A DNA stretch of 28,888 bases from Chthoniobacteraceae bacterium. GTDB taxonomy: Bacteria; Verrucomicrobiota; Verrucomicrobiia; Chthoniobacterales; Chthoniobacteraceae. Both the position numbers and the translations under genes were made by a program. The DNA lies in contig JANNWY010000164.1 in the NCBI GenBank assembly GCA_031409335.1, positions 1-28,888 on the forward strand, read 5' to 3'. Of this stretch, positions 1 through 9,550 are shown one piece after another (position 1 is the first letter of the stretch; each line of letters opens with the position of its first letter). The notes beneath the pieces were generated by a model that was given only the letters and a program-made list of their open reading frames with translations, was not told where the DNA came from and ran no database searches.

Positions 1-131
1 ACTATGACAACTTTGAGAAGTTCCGCGCTGCCATCGATGATGGCCTGCGCGATGTCAACGGCGTCGCCAAGGCTGAACTCGACTCCCTTCTCACCCTTAG
101 ATTCCAGTTCTTCGGAAACTTAAAATCCTAA
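1..131 (+). CDS. IS630-family transposase, C-terminal end (partial, runs off the window)
   Basis: Manual translation from base 3: YDNFEKFRAAIDDGLRDVNGVAKAELDSLLTLRFQFFGNLKS*. This resembles the 'YYxxFxxFxxAI...ELxSLLTLxFQ' tail of IS630 transposases. Not in the ORF track. Confidence 0.75.
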   Translation, partial: YDNFEKFRAAIDDGLRDVNGVAKAELDSLLTLRFQFFGNLKS

Positions 132-145
132 TGCGCGCGAGTATA
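1..145 (+). mobile_element. Right end of an IS630-family element, ending ...GCGCGAGTATA with TA at 144-145
   Basis: The transposase stop at 129-131 is followed by a short tail ending in TA, the IS630 target dinucleotide. Beyond it lies an interrupted minus-strand gene. Confidence 0.65.
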
Positions 146-1656
146 AATGGTTTTCCGCGGATCACGAATCCCTCGTTGGAGAGTTCTGTGTAGCTGGGCT
201 GCGGTGGTTGGTCCGGATAGTAGCGAAAACCCTCCTTTTTGAAATCCAGCGGCGCGTCGTCCCCCGATGGAAACCCGGGATTCGTCGGAATGAATGAGGG
301 GCTTTGGTCATCGAAGGTTCTAGCCACCGTCTTCAACCAGTCACCACTTCCCACCACGGTCCCGGGAGGATTTAATGTCTCCGGCAGGCTACCCGAGCGG
401 AATGCCTAAATCCCATACTTTGCTGGCCCATAGTCGAGTTCACTCGGCGGCGCGGCGTCCGAGCCGGCATTGAGCTTTCCGCTCTCGTCGGAGGCGTTGC
501 TGTATTCCGTGATCGCGGAATACCGCCAGATCGTCGTAATCCCCGCTTCGGATTCATACTCTCCGGTTGCGGCCCAAGTTGTCGTTCCACAGTCCCGATA
601 CCATTCGCCATCGAATGCCTGCTTCAGAATCACCACCCGGACATGCGGCAGTTTCCCTGGCGGAAGATTCGGCACTACACACTTCCATTTCACTTTTACC
701 CGATTCAAATCCAACCGCCGCAGTTCCGTGATTTCGGGTTTGGTAAGGAATTTTTTGACCGCGTGACCATTCACGACCATGCCGTTTGCCTGGCCCGGAT
801 CGGCGGCGGCGGTGGCCTCGGACATCCCGGTTTCATTGCCGGAGCGCACCGACACCGGCGTGGCGGTCCCGAGCGGACCGAAGCGTGCGTGGTTCGACGC
901 CACCCGGCCAATCTCGGTTTCCCCGCCGTTCGCGTCGGTGGTGAAAATGGCAAAGAACTGCTCGTTATTGGACACGTCCTCCCAAACGACTTCCCGCGTG
1001 TCATCGGGGTTGTTGATCACCGAGGCATTGCGCGGTGCGCGCGGCGTGTCGTCGCGCCGCAGGTTATCCAAAGCGTCCAGCGGGTTTGTCCAGTGCAGAA
1101 ACTCGTTCAGATTGCTGTCGCCGTCGCCGTCCGCGTCCCACATCGAATCGTAGGGATCGGCCGGGCTGAGTCCGATGGAAGTTTCCCAATCGTCCGGCAT
1201 TCCATCGGCATCGGCGTCCGCGGCGATCATCAGGCGGATGAAGCGGTGTTCCGGGAGATTGGCGGGCACGAGGTCCCACGCAGTCAGTTGGAATCGCCCG
1301 TCGGGAAGCACTTCGGCGATTTGCAACGCGGCCTGGTCCGCCCGCCAGCGCGCGTCCAGATTTTCAGTCGCCTGCGGCAAGAGCAACGCACCCTGACTTT
1401 CCATGGAGGAAACGATCAGCGTCGCATTGAGATGCAGGAGGCCGTCGGTCGGGTCGAGGGAAACCGCGGGCGTCACGATGGGCTCGGCGGGAAGCAGCCA
1501 GGGATTGGTGCCGAGGACGTATTCCGCGAAGTTGCGGAGTTGATCGCCGTCCGGATTCGCATCCGGGCCGCTGATGAGCGGATCGGCGAGCTGCGCCGGG
1601 CTGAAGTGTAACGCGCGCCATTCTTCAAAATTACCCGCGCGCGCCGGGAGGAGTAA
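146..1656 (-). pseudogene. Large secreted/surface protein with DxDxDG (thrombospondin type-3-like) motifs and a fibronectin-III-like region; disrupted
   Basis: ORFs 406..1476 and 97..357 are in the same frame, separated by one TAG (406-408). The frame also stays open upstream of 1476 (LLLPARAGNFEEWRALHFSPAQLADPLISGPDANPDGDQLRNFAEYVLGTNP) up to a TGA at 1657-1659, with no ATG/GTG/TTG start. Motifs: DADADGMPDDWE, DADGDGDSNLNEF. The 3' part is cut by IS630. Confidence 0.7.
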
Positions 1657-1694
1657 TCAGGAAGGCTCCGCGCCGCCGCCGCCAGCGGAAGTTA

Positions 1695-1722
1695 GAGGTT
1701 CCTCGACTTCGCTCGGAATGAC
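1695..1722. repeat. Single arm of a small palindromic intergenic repeat (GAGGTTCCTCGACTTCGCTCGGAATGAC)
   Basis: Resembles a repeat I recall occurring as inverted pairs (GTCATTCCGAGCGAAGTCGAGGAA...TTCCTCGACTTCGCTCGGAATGAC). No partner arm is visible here. Confidence 0.45.
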
Positions 1723-1768
1723 GTGTTTTTGCGCGACTCATTCACATCCATTGCGACATCACCGCCAC

Positions 1769-1963
1769 ATGAAAATCGACGTTGCCCTGAATCTCGCCGA
1801 AATCGCGCGCCTGCATTCGCGCGAACTTTCGCGGACGACTTCCGCAGTTTTCGATGTGTTGCGCGCCACGTCTTCGATGATCACCGCGCTGGCGCATGGG
1901 GCGCTGGCGCTGTGGGCTTGCGAAAATGCGGGTGCAACGCCGGACGCACCGCTTTGCTCCTAA
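1769..1963 (+). pseudogene. comB: 2-phosphosulfolactate phosphatase (ComB-like) remnant, only 64 aa
   Basis: MKIDVAL...AVFDVLRATSSMITALAHGA matches the ComB N-terminal DVLRA(T/S)S motif. The frame stops about 19 codons later. Confidence 0.75.
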
Positions 1964-2070
1964 GAGCCCAAGGGCGTCCGGGTGACTCACGGTGATTCGT
2001 ACGCAGACGTATCATTGCGCGTCCGACTCACAGCGCCTAACTTTCACCAGTTCAGTTTTAGCTCCGACCC

Positions 2071-3159
2071 ATGAAGAAGACCCTGCTTTGCCTTTTCGCT
2101 GCCATCCTCGGCGGCGGTTGGTACGCGTATGATCATCGTGGCGCGTTTGCAACGAAGGGAAAGGCGGAGATTTCTGAAAAATTCATCACCCGCGCGGAAA
2201 AGCGCGACATCAGTTCCACTGTGGAAGTGAGCGGCGATGTGGCTCCCGAATTTCAGCTCGATGTGAAATCCGAAGTCGGCGGGCGGGTGAAAGCGCTCCA
2301 TGTCGAACCGGGCAACATCGTCAAGGAAGGGGACGTGCTCGTCGAGATCGACGACCGCGATTTGCTCTCCGAGAAAGAAAGCGCGCTGACCGAGATCGAA
2401 GGCGCGAAACTGACGGTGGAGCGGGCGAAAAACAATTTCGACCGGGGCAAGGAACTCTCCCAATCGAAGCTCGTGAGCGAGGAGGTTTTCGACAACCTCA
2501 GTTCCGAATATGCGATCTCGCAAAACGGGCTGACCAAGGCGCAGCGGAAATTGCAACTCGTGGAGGATCGCCTGCGGAAAACCAAAGTGCTCGCGCCGAT
2601 GGATGGCACGGTGCTGACCGCGCCGGTGATCGAAGGGCAGGTCGTCATCGCTGCCGCGAGCGTGAACAATGGCACGACGCTCATGACCATCGCCAATCTG
2701 AGCAAGCTGCTCGTGGACATGCAGATCAACCAAGTCGATTACCGCGCGATCACGGCGAACCAAATCGTGAAGCTCCGCGCGGAATCGCTGAAGGACATCG
2801 AGATGGAGGCGAAAATCTGGCGCATCTCGCCAGTCGCTGCTCCGAAAAATAACGTGAAGGGATTTCAGGTCCAGGCGCGCATCGAAAGGCCGAACGAACG
2901 GCTCCGCCCCGGCATGACGGTGAGTGTTGTCATCCCGATCGGCAGCGCGGACGACGCAGTCAGCGTGCCGATCTCGGCAGTGTTCAGGGGAGAAGGCCGG
3001 AACAAAGTCGTGTACGTGCGCCACGGCGAGAGCACTGAAAAGCGCGAAGTGAAGATCGGCGTCACCAACACCGACTTTGCGCAAGTCCTCAGCGGCGTCA
3101 CCGAGGGTGAGGAAATCCTGCTCGTCGAGCCGGATCGCGCCGCCCGCAAGAAATCCTGA
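2071..3159 (+). CDS. MacA-like periplasmic adaptor (membrane fusion protein)
   Basis: N-terminal anchor, lipoyl motifs (VKSEVGGRVKALHVEPGNIVKEGDVL; APMDGTV), coiled-coil hairpin, LRPGMT motif. Confidence 0.9.
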   Translation: MKKTLLCLFAAILGGGWYAYDHRGAFATKGKAEISEKFITRAEKRDISSTVEVSGDVAPEFQLDVKSEVGGRVKALHVEPGNIVKEGDVLVEIDDRDLLSEKESALTEIEGAKLTVERAKNNFDRGKELSQSKLVSEEVFDNLSSEYAISQNGLTKAQRKLQLVEDRLRKTKVLAPMDGTVLTAPVIEGQVVIAAASVNNGTTLMTIANLSKLLVDMQINQVDYRAITANQIVKLRAESLKDIEMEAKIWRISPVAAPKNNVKGFQVQARIERPNERLRPGMTVSVVIPIGSADDAVSVPISAVFRGEGRNKVVYVRHGESTEKREVKIGVTNTDFAQVLSGVTEGEEILLVEPDRAARKKS

Positions 3160-3173
3160 CCGCGCCAGCCTGA

Positions 3174-3884
3174 ATGGCCCTGATCGAACTCCGCAGCGTC
3201 ACCAAACGATACCTCGTCGGCGAACAGGAAATCCTCGCGCTCGACGGGATCACACTCGACATCGCGCAGGGCGAATTCGCCTCGATCATCGGCCCAAGCG
3301 GCAGCGGCAAAAGCACGCTCATGCACCTGCTCGGCTGCCTCGACACACCGACCAGCGGCACGATGCACATCGACGGCATCGACGTGAGCAAGGCGGGCGC
3401 GAATCGGCTGGCGGAATTGCGGAATCAAAAAATTGGTTTCGTGTTTCAAAGCTTCAACCTGCTGCCGAAATTCAACGTCCTGCAAAACGTCGAACTGCCG
3501 TTGATCTACTCCGGCGTCTCCGCGCGTGAGCGCCGCGAGCGCGCGCTCACCGCCATCGCCCGCGTCGAACTTTCCAACCGCATCAAAAACACGCCGCTCC
3601 AGCTCAGCGGCGGCCAGATGCAGCGCGTCGCCATCGCCCGCGCGCTCGTCAATCAGCCGAAGATCATTTTTGCCGACGAACCCACGGGCAACCTCGACTC
3701 CAAAACCGGCGCCACCATCCTCGGCTTGTTCCGGGAATTGAGCGAATCCGGCAGTACGATCGTGCTCGTCACCCACGATCAAAAGATCGCCGCGCAAACC
3801 CCGCGCCGCATCGAAATCGAAGACGGAAAGATCGTGGAAAGCGCCGCTCTCAACGCTCAACTCTCAACCCTCAACACCGCTTGA
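3174..3884 (+). CDS. ABC transporter ATP-binding protein (LolD/MacB type)
   Basis: Walker A GPSGSGKST, signature LSGGQMQRVAIARAL, Walker B FADEPTGNLD, VTHD. Confidence 0.95.
   Translation: MALIELRSVTKRYLVGEQEILALDGITLDIAQGEFASIIGPSGSGKSTLMHLLGCLDTPTSGTMHIDGIDVSKAGANRLAELRNQKIGFVFQSFNLLPKFNVLQNVELPLIYSGVSARERRERALTAIARVELSNRIKNTPLQLSGGQMQRVAIARALVNQPKIIFADEPTGNLDSKTGATILGLFRELSESGSTIVLVTHDQKIAAQTPRRIEIEDGKIVESAALNAQLSTLNTA
3847..3875 (+). repeat. Heptamer micro-array C(T/G/C)CTCAA x4 in the 3' end of the ABC ATPase gene
   Basis: CTCTCAA CGCTCAA CTCTCAA CCCTCAA C; encodes LNAQLSTLN. Confidence 0.85.
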
Positions 3885-5230
3885 ACCTCTGGCTCGGATT
3901 GCTCATCGGCCTGAAGGAAATCTGGGCCCACAAATTCCGCAGCTTCCTGACGATGCTCGGCGTCATCCTCGGCGTGGCATCGCTCCTCTCCATGTTTGCG
4001 CTCACCGCGGGCATGGCGAAAGGGATGCGCGAATACATGCAGCAAGTCGGCGGGATCGAGCGCGTCAGCCTCATCACGCAGGATGTCCCGCCGCATCAGG
4101 AAGGCATCGGGGAAATCTCGCCGGGGCGCACCGTGGCCGATGCCGAAGCCATCGCGAGATCGTCGCCGCTCGTCGCTTACGTCACTCCCGTCGCGCAACT
4201 ACCCGCCGCGGTTCAGCGCGCGGGCAATACCTTTCGCAGCGAGATCAACGGCTGCTGGCCGGACTTCGTGCCGATCAACAAACACGTCATTGCGACGGGG
4301 CGAAACCTCTGCGCGCTCGATCTCGAAATGGGCCTGCGCGTGTGCGTCGTCGGACGGCTCGTCGTCGAAAAGCTCTGGCCCGAACGACCCAAGTATGACC
4401 CGCTCGGTGAGACCATCAAAGTCAACGACCGTCCGTTCAAAATCGTCGGCGTGTTTGAGTATTACGAACGGGACGAGGACAAGCGCAAACGCGAACTCGG
4501 CGTGGCGAAGGCGAAGGAACCATCGCGCGAATCACGGCCGCCGAGATCGAGCGGCGGAATGCGCGGCTGGAATCCTTACGACCGCAAGAATCAGACGATC
4601 ATCATGCCGATCACCACGATGTTTTGGGAGTTCAAGTCCGCGAACCTCGTCGGCACCGTCGATACCGGCCCGCAGTACAAACTCGACTCGCTCAATTTTC
4701 AGATTGCCGACATCGCGCGGTTTGACGAGGCGCTCGATCAAGTCCGCAACATCGTGCTGACCACCCATCGCGGCATCGAAGACTTCGGCTTTGACACCAG
4801 GCAGGACTGGTTTGACACGATCGAAAAAAGCATCAGCAACACGCGCGTGAGCTTCGGTTTCATCGCCGGCATCTCCCTGCTCGTCGGCGGGATCGGCATC
4901 ACGAACATCATGCTCGCCAGCATCACCGAGCGCATCCGCGAGATCGGCGTGCGGCGCGCGATCGGCGCGAAAGGACGCGACATTTTTATTCAGATCGTCG
5001 TCGAAAGCACCGTGATCGGCTTGATCGGCGGTCTCTTCGGCCTCGTGGCAAGCAATGGCTTTTTGCGAATCATCACCTTCTTCTCACCTGCAGAAAACGC
5101 GCCGGTCGTTGATCTCAATTCCGTCCTGATCAGCTTCTGCTTCGCGGTCGCGATCGGCCTCGTCAGCGGCCTTTACCCGGCATGGAAAGCCAGCCGCCTC
5201 GATCCCATCGAGGCGCTGCGTTACGGCTGA
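3881..5230 (+). CDS. MacB/FtsX-family ABC permease
   Basis: RSFLTMLGVILGV, GGIGITNIMLASITERIREIGVRRAIGA, PAWKASRLDPIEALRY. TTG start overlaps the ATPase stop. Confidence 0.93.
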   Translation: MNLWLGLLIGLKEIWAHKFRSFLTMLGVILGVASLLSMFALTAGMAKGMREYMQQVGGIERVSLITQDVPPHQEGIGEISPGRTVADAEAIARSSPLVAYVTPVAQLPAAVQRAGNTFRSEINGCWPDFVPINKHVIATGRNLCALDLEMGLRVCVVGRLVVEKLWPERPKYDPLGETIKVNDRPFKIVGVFEYYERDEDKRKRELGVAKAKEPSRESRPPRSSGGMRGWNPYDRKNQTIIMPITTMFWEFKSANLVGTVDTGPQYKLDSLNFQIADIARFDEALDQVRNIVLTTHRGIEDFGFDTRQDWFDTIEKSISNTRVSFGFIAGISLLVGGIGITNIMLASITERIREIGVRRAIGAKGRDIFIQIVVESTVIGLIGGLFGLVASNGFLRIITFFSPAENAPVVDLNSVLISFCFAVAIGLVSGLYPAWKASRLDPIEALRYG

Positions 5231-5249
5231 ATCTCCATCGCACCGCGAA

Positions 5250-5939
5250 CTAACGCCGCGCCTTTTCCGCCACCGGAAATTCCGCCAGCAACTGCCGCGA
5301 CACGACGCTCGCGAGGGCGTCGAAATCTGCGCGAACCAGACGCGGCTTTTCGACGCAATCCCGCCAGAGCCGGGCACCCGCGGAAGTCGCCGCGGCGTCC
5401 TTGCGCCAAAGCGTGCCGCCGGAACGATCGCGCAGCCGCGCGGTGACCGCGATCGAGGCGCGGCAGAGGAGATCGCGATTGTCGGCGGACTTGAGCCCGA
5501 TCTCGCGCAGTTCGAGTTCGAGCACCGCGTCCGGATTGGAATTGGTCAACGCGAACAGCCGGCGGCGCGAGATTTCCTGCTCCGTGCGATTCGCGACGAG
5601 CGCGAGCGGATCCGCGCCCGCATCACTCAAGAGCCGGAGCGCCGTGGGCGAAAGCTTTGCCTCCCTCGCAGGCCGCGAGATATCGACGACATCCACCGCA
5701 AGCCCCACGAGTCCGCCCACGACCCCGAGATACCCGAGCGCGTAGCCCGCACCGTGTCTCGCGACGCGTCCGGCCACACGACCGCCGGTGGAAGTCGGCG
5801 GCGCGCTCGGAGCGTATGTCACCGCGACGCTCTGGACCCCTGCGAGCTTGCTGCGATTCGCCGGGGTTTGCGTGGCACAGCCGCCCATCGCGATTGCGAG
5901 CGCGAGCGGAATGAGGATTGAGAGGTGATGGAAGCGCAT
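5250..5939 (-). CDS. Hypothetical lipoprotein
   Basis: Signal peptide with lipobox-like MGGC, Gly-rich hydrophobic segment, alpha/beta C-terminal domain. Confidence 0.7.
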   Translation of the reverse strand: MRFHHLSILIPLALAIAMGGCATQTPANRSKLAGVQSVAVTYAPSAPPTSTGGRVAGRVARHGAGYALGYLGVVGGLVGLAVDVVDISRPAREAKLSPTALRLLSDAGADPLALVANRTEQEISRRRLFALTNSNPDAVLELELREIGLKSADNRDLLCRASIAVTARLRDRSGGTLWRKDAAATSAGARLWRDCVEKPRLVRADFDALASVVSRQLLAEFPVAEKARR

Positions 5940-6026
5940 GGTAATATTCGCGGGCGAACGACAAATGTAGGCCGAGGAAACCCCGTGCGCCGGGCTGCGG
6001 CAAGCGTTTCCTCACCGCCCGCTGAT

Positions 6027-7355
6027 CTACGACACACCCGTCGCGACGAGCGCGGGCAGCGCGATGACTTCGCCCTCGCGCGCTGCCTCCACCCGCATCG
6101 AGCTTCCCGCCGCCTTTGCCAGCGCGCGCGCATGCACCACCATGCTGGAAATCACGCGGTCGTCGTGCGCCGGATCGTGGTGGAAAAGGTAGAGCCGCCG
6201 CACCTTCGCACTCGCCGCGAGCGCGACCACATCATCGACGCAGCCATGCCCCCAGCCAATATGCGCGGCGTATTCCCTGGCGTCATATTGGGCATCGAGG
6301 ATGAGCACGTCCGCCTCGCGAATGAATTCCGCGATGTCGCCTTCCATCGTGGACGGCACATGGTTGGCGGAATCGCCCGCCTTTTTTGAGACCGTCTCAT
6401 TGTCTGGCATATATACGATCACCCCGCCACTCGTGTGAAAACGGTAGCCGACGCAGACCCCGGGATGATTCGTAAAACACGCCTCGATCGGGATGGAGCC
6501 GATTCGAAACTGCATTTCCTTCAGTTCTTCGATCTCGATGTTTCCCGGCATCTGATCGAGCGCGAGCGGGAAATACGGACTCTCCATCTGCCCCGCGAGC
6601 GTCGTGCGCAGGCCCTCGCTCGCGCCTTCGTATCCGAGAATGCGCAGGCGGCTGCTCGGGTCGTACGCAGGCAAGAAAAACGGGAATCCCTGGATGTGAT
6701 CCCAATGCGCGTGAGTGATGAGCAGCGTGAGATTGAGCGGTGCCCCATCCGCCTCCGCGGCGAGCGCCAGCCCGAGCGGGCGGATGCCGGAACCCGCATC
6801 GCAAATGATGTGCTCGCCATCCGCGCGCAGTTCGACGCAGGAAGTATTGCCTCCGAAAAAACTCGTCCCTTCACCCGGCGCCGGAATCGATCCGCGCACG
6901 CCCCAAAATTTTAACATCGCCCCCGTATTCCACGCTGGCGTGCTGCGCAGCGTGCCGTCGCCGCGTTCTTGGTGGTTGTTCGCCTCGGGGAGCACCCGCG
7001 CGATGGCGTCCTTCAGGGCGGAAAACTCGATCGGCTTTACCAGATAGTCGTCCGCGCCTGCCTCCTCGGCGCTTTTCCGATCCGCCGCATAGTCGCGCCC
7101 GGTGACGACGATGATTTTCGTATGCCGCAGCTCGAGATGTTCGCGCACCGCACGGCACACCTGGTAGCCATTCACGCGCGGCATCAGAAGGTCGCACAGG
7201 ATGACATCCGGGCGATGCTGCACGGCGAGTTGCAGGCCGCATTCGCCATCCTCCGCCTCGAGTACGCGCCAGTCGTTCCGCCGGAGCAGTTCGGCAGCCG
7301 GCGCGCGGCAGATTTCGTCGTCGTCGATCAGGAGGATGGTCTTCATCCAGTGCAT
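6027..7355 (-). CDS. Response-regulator receiver fused to an MBL-fold metallo-hydrolase (RNase Z / phosphodiesterase-like)
   Basis: REC domain: ILLIDDD, CDLLMP, YLVKP. MBL domain: WGVRGSIP, GGNTSC, DAGSG, THAHWDHIQG, FHHDP. Confidence 0.9.
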   Translation of the reverse strand: MHWMKTILLIDDDEICRAPAAELLRRNDWRVLEAEDGECGLQLAVQHRPDVILCDLLMPRVNGYQVCRAVREHLELRHTKIIVVTGRDYAADRKSAEEAGADDYLVKPIEFSALKDAIARVLPEANNHQERGDGTLRSTPAWNTGAMLKFWGVRGSIPAPGEGTSFFGGNTSCVELRADGEHIICDAGSGIRPLGLALAAEADGAPLNLTLLITHAHWDHIQGFPFFLPAYDPSSRLRILGYEGASEGLRTTLAGQMESPYFPLALDQMPGNIEIEELKEMQFRIGSIPIEACFTNHPGVCVGYRFHTSGGVIVYMPDNETVSKKAGDSANHVPSTMEGDIAEFIREADVLILDAQYDAREYAAHIGWGHGCVDDVVALAASAKVRRLYLFHHDPAHDDRVISSMVVHARALAKAAGSSMRVEAAREGEVIALPALVATGVS

Positions 7356-7428
7356 GTGAGTCTTTCAGACATCATTTGAAATACAAGCGCGCCCCGTGCC
7401 GCACACGAGGAGACGTGTCGCGAGGGAC

Positions 7429-7458
7429 TTGCGAGTGGTCTTCCATCTCGATTATCCT
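7429..7458 (+). promoter_or_regulatory. Candidate sigma70 promoter (TTGCGA-18-TATCCT), 6 nt before the ATG at 7465
   Basis: Visual match to the -35/-10 consensus. Confidence 0.4.
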
Positions 7459-7464
7459 GCGCGA

Positions 7465-7902
7465 ATGCACGTAAAAAACTTATGCAGTCCCTATGCCCAG
7501 TGCGGCGGCATCTTTTATTTCGCTCGAATGATCGACAAAATCCGGCTGCACGCCGCCGGGCAACTCCCGATCGAGTATCAGTCGAATCTCGGCGGCGGGT
7601 TCGATGAACGCTGCCTCCACTTTCTGTGGATCGAATACGCCCCGCTCGTCGAGCGCGTGAAGGCGGGCGGCACCGACGAGGAAATTCTGGACTGGACGTT
7701 TAATCAGGGCCGCAAACCCTCCGCTGAAGAGATCGAGATTTGGAATGATTTCATGCGCAAACGCGGCTGGAACGACGAGTCATCAGACCGCGTCGCCCAG
7801 CGGAAACGCGAAAGCAACTTTTCCGATCGCGACGACATCCAGACCTTCTTCGACTACATCGACGCCGACGAGGGCCGCGATCCACGCGAGCGCGCAAAGT
7901 AG
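7465..7902 (+). CDS. DUF5069-like protein
   Basis: LCSPY..GGIFYFARMIDKIRLHAAGQLP..Y; FD.IDADEGR tail. ATG 7465 preferred over GTG 7396. Confidence 0.75.
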   Translation: MHVKNLCSPYAQCGGIFYFARMIDKIRLHAAGQLPIEYQSNLGGGFDERCLHFLWIEYAPLVERVKAGGTDEEILDWTFNQGRKPSAEEIEIWNDFMRKRGWNDESSDRVAQRKRESNFSDRDDIQTFFDYIDADEGRDPRERAK

Positions 7903-7924
7903 GGAAAAAAGATGGATGGCGCGC

Positions 7925-8293
7925 TCAGTCCGCGCAGCCGCAATCCGGCCCGCAGCCCGCACCCATCACCACGCCCTCGACTGCGATGCCCTGAAACTCG
8001 AGTTGCTCGTGGATCACATTCAGGAAATCGCGCACGGCTTCGGTCGGCGGAGCGGCGCATTCCAGCCGCAGCCGCGCGCGCTTTCCCGCGAATCCGGGAT
8101 AAGCCTCCACCATCTCGCCATCGAGCACGAACGACACATAGGCATTGAACTTCTCCTGAAGTTGAAAGAGCTGCCGCTCCGAGCCATCCCACTGCCGCCG
8201 CTCGACCATCGTCAGGATCACTTCATCCTTCACCGTGTCGTGGACGATTGCGTCGATGACGTGCGCTTGCTCGACGCCACCCGGCTGCTTCAT
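7925..8293 (-). CDS. Small conserved hypothetical protein (DUF6572-like) with a Cys-rich tail CGPDCGC
   Basis: GVEQAHVID...W....QLQEKFNAYVSFVLDGEM. The ATG at 8293 overlaps the galM stop (ATGA). Confidence 0.65.
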   Translation of the reverse strand: MKQPGGVEQAHVIDAIVHDTVKDEVILTMVERRQWDGSERQLFQLQEKFNAYVSFVLDGEMVEAYPGFAGKRARLRLECAAPPTEAVRDFLNVIHEQLEFQGIAVEGVVMGAGCGPDCGCAD

Positions 8294-9411
8294 TTCGCGG
8301 AGAACTCGTAAACCGTCGTGCTGCGAAAAGTCTCGCCGGGACGCAGCGTGGTCGTCGGAAATTCCGGGCGATTTGGCGAGTCCGGGTAGTGCTGCGTTTC
8401 GAGGCACAAGCCATAGTGCTTCTGATAAGCCTTCCCGCCTTTGCCGATCACCGAGCTATTGAGGTAGTTGCCGGTGTAAAACTGGACGCCCGGTTCCGTC
8501 GTCGAGACTTTCATCACGCGCCCGCTCTTTGGCTCGCGCACTTCCGCGGCGGGAGTCAGCGCACCGGCTTTCGCTCCCTCGATCACATAGTTGTGATCAT
8601 ACCCACCCGCGACCTTCGCAAAGTCTTTCCCGACCGCTTTCGCCGTTGTGAAATCCATCGCGCCACCCGCGACCGCTTCGATTTTCCCAGTCGGAATACT
8701 CGTGTCATCGACCGCCGTGAATTTCGCCGCATGTAGCGTCAGCTCATGTTCCAAAATGTCGCCCGCACCCGCACCCGCGAGATTCCAATACGCATGGTTC
8801 GTGAGATTCACGACCGTCGGTTTGTCCGTCGTCGCTTCATAGTCGAGCCTTAGTTCATTCTTATCCGTGAGCGTATAAGTGATCGCGACCTTTAACGTGC
8901 CGGGGTAGCCTTCCTCACCGTCCGCGCTCGTGTAGGAAAAGCGCACGCCACTTGCCACCGCCTCACCCTTCCAATTCCGCATATCAAAGCCCTTCAAGCC
9001 ACCGTGCAAATGATTCGGCCCATTGTTCGTCGCGAGCTTGTAAGTCTTCCCATCTAGCGTGAACGCCCCTTTCGCGATGCGGTTCGCATACCGCCCCGTC
9101 GTCGTGCCGAAATACGGGTGGCGCGTCAGGTAGCCATCCAGCTTGTCAAAGCCGAGCGTCACATCCGCCAGCGTCCCCTCGCGATCCGGCGCGAGCATAT
9201 CGACGAGCCCTGCTCCCCACGTCATCACCCGCGCACGCAGGCCATTGGAATTTGAAATGGTGTAGATTTCGACAGCCTCGCCGTCGCTCGTTTTGCCGAA
9301 GTTTTCTTTTTGCACAGTGGGTTTTCCCGCGACCGCTTTGTCCGCGTAGGCGTTCTCCGCAAAAACCGCGGCGGACAACGCGATGGCAAAGGTCTTAAGT
9401 TGGAGGTTCAT
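8290..9411 (-). CDS. galM: Aldose 1-epimerase (galactose mutarotase) with signal peptide
   Basis: GRYANRI, NHLHGG, NLTNHAYWNL, GGYDHN, GVQFYTGN, CLETQHYPD. Start chosen at MNLQLK. Confidence 0.93.
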   Translation of the reverse strand: MNLQLKTFAIALSAAVFAENAYADKAVAGKPTVQKENFGKTSDGEAVEIYTISNSNGLRARVMTWGAGLVDMLAPDREGTLADVTLGFDKLDGYLTRHPYFGTTTGRYANRIAKGAFTLDGKTYKLATNNGPNHLHGGLKGFDMRNWKGEAVASGVRFSYTSADGEEGYPGTLKVAITYTLTDKNELRLDYEATTDKPTVVNLTNHAYWNLAGAGAGDILEHELTLHAAKFTAVDDTSIPTGKIEAVAGGAMDFTTAKAVGKDFAKVAGGYDHNYVIEGAKAGALTPAAEVREPKSGRVMKVSTTEPGVQFYTGNYLNSSVIGKGGKAYQKHYGLCLETQHYPDSPNRPEFPTTTLRPGETFRSTTVYEFSAK

Positions 9412-9550
9412 TGGGCGCGGTGTTGTGATTGGAAAAAATCGGGCGCGCCGCATTCCGTCAACTGCAAACGGCTGCGCGCGATCAACCCGTCGATCCCATC
9501 TTGCCCGTGCCACGAATCACCCGTTGCGATGAGCGGATGCGGGGCCGTGT

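Noticed and set aside
406..408. Genome-wide amber recoding or pyrrolysine
   Set aside because: RF1 is intact, TAG terminates clear genes (rpmE, REC-MBL, heme protein), no pyl genes are seen, and the affected gene has other lesions.
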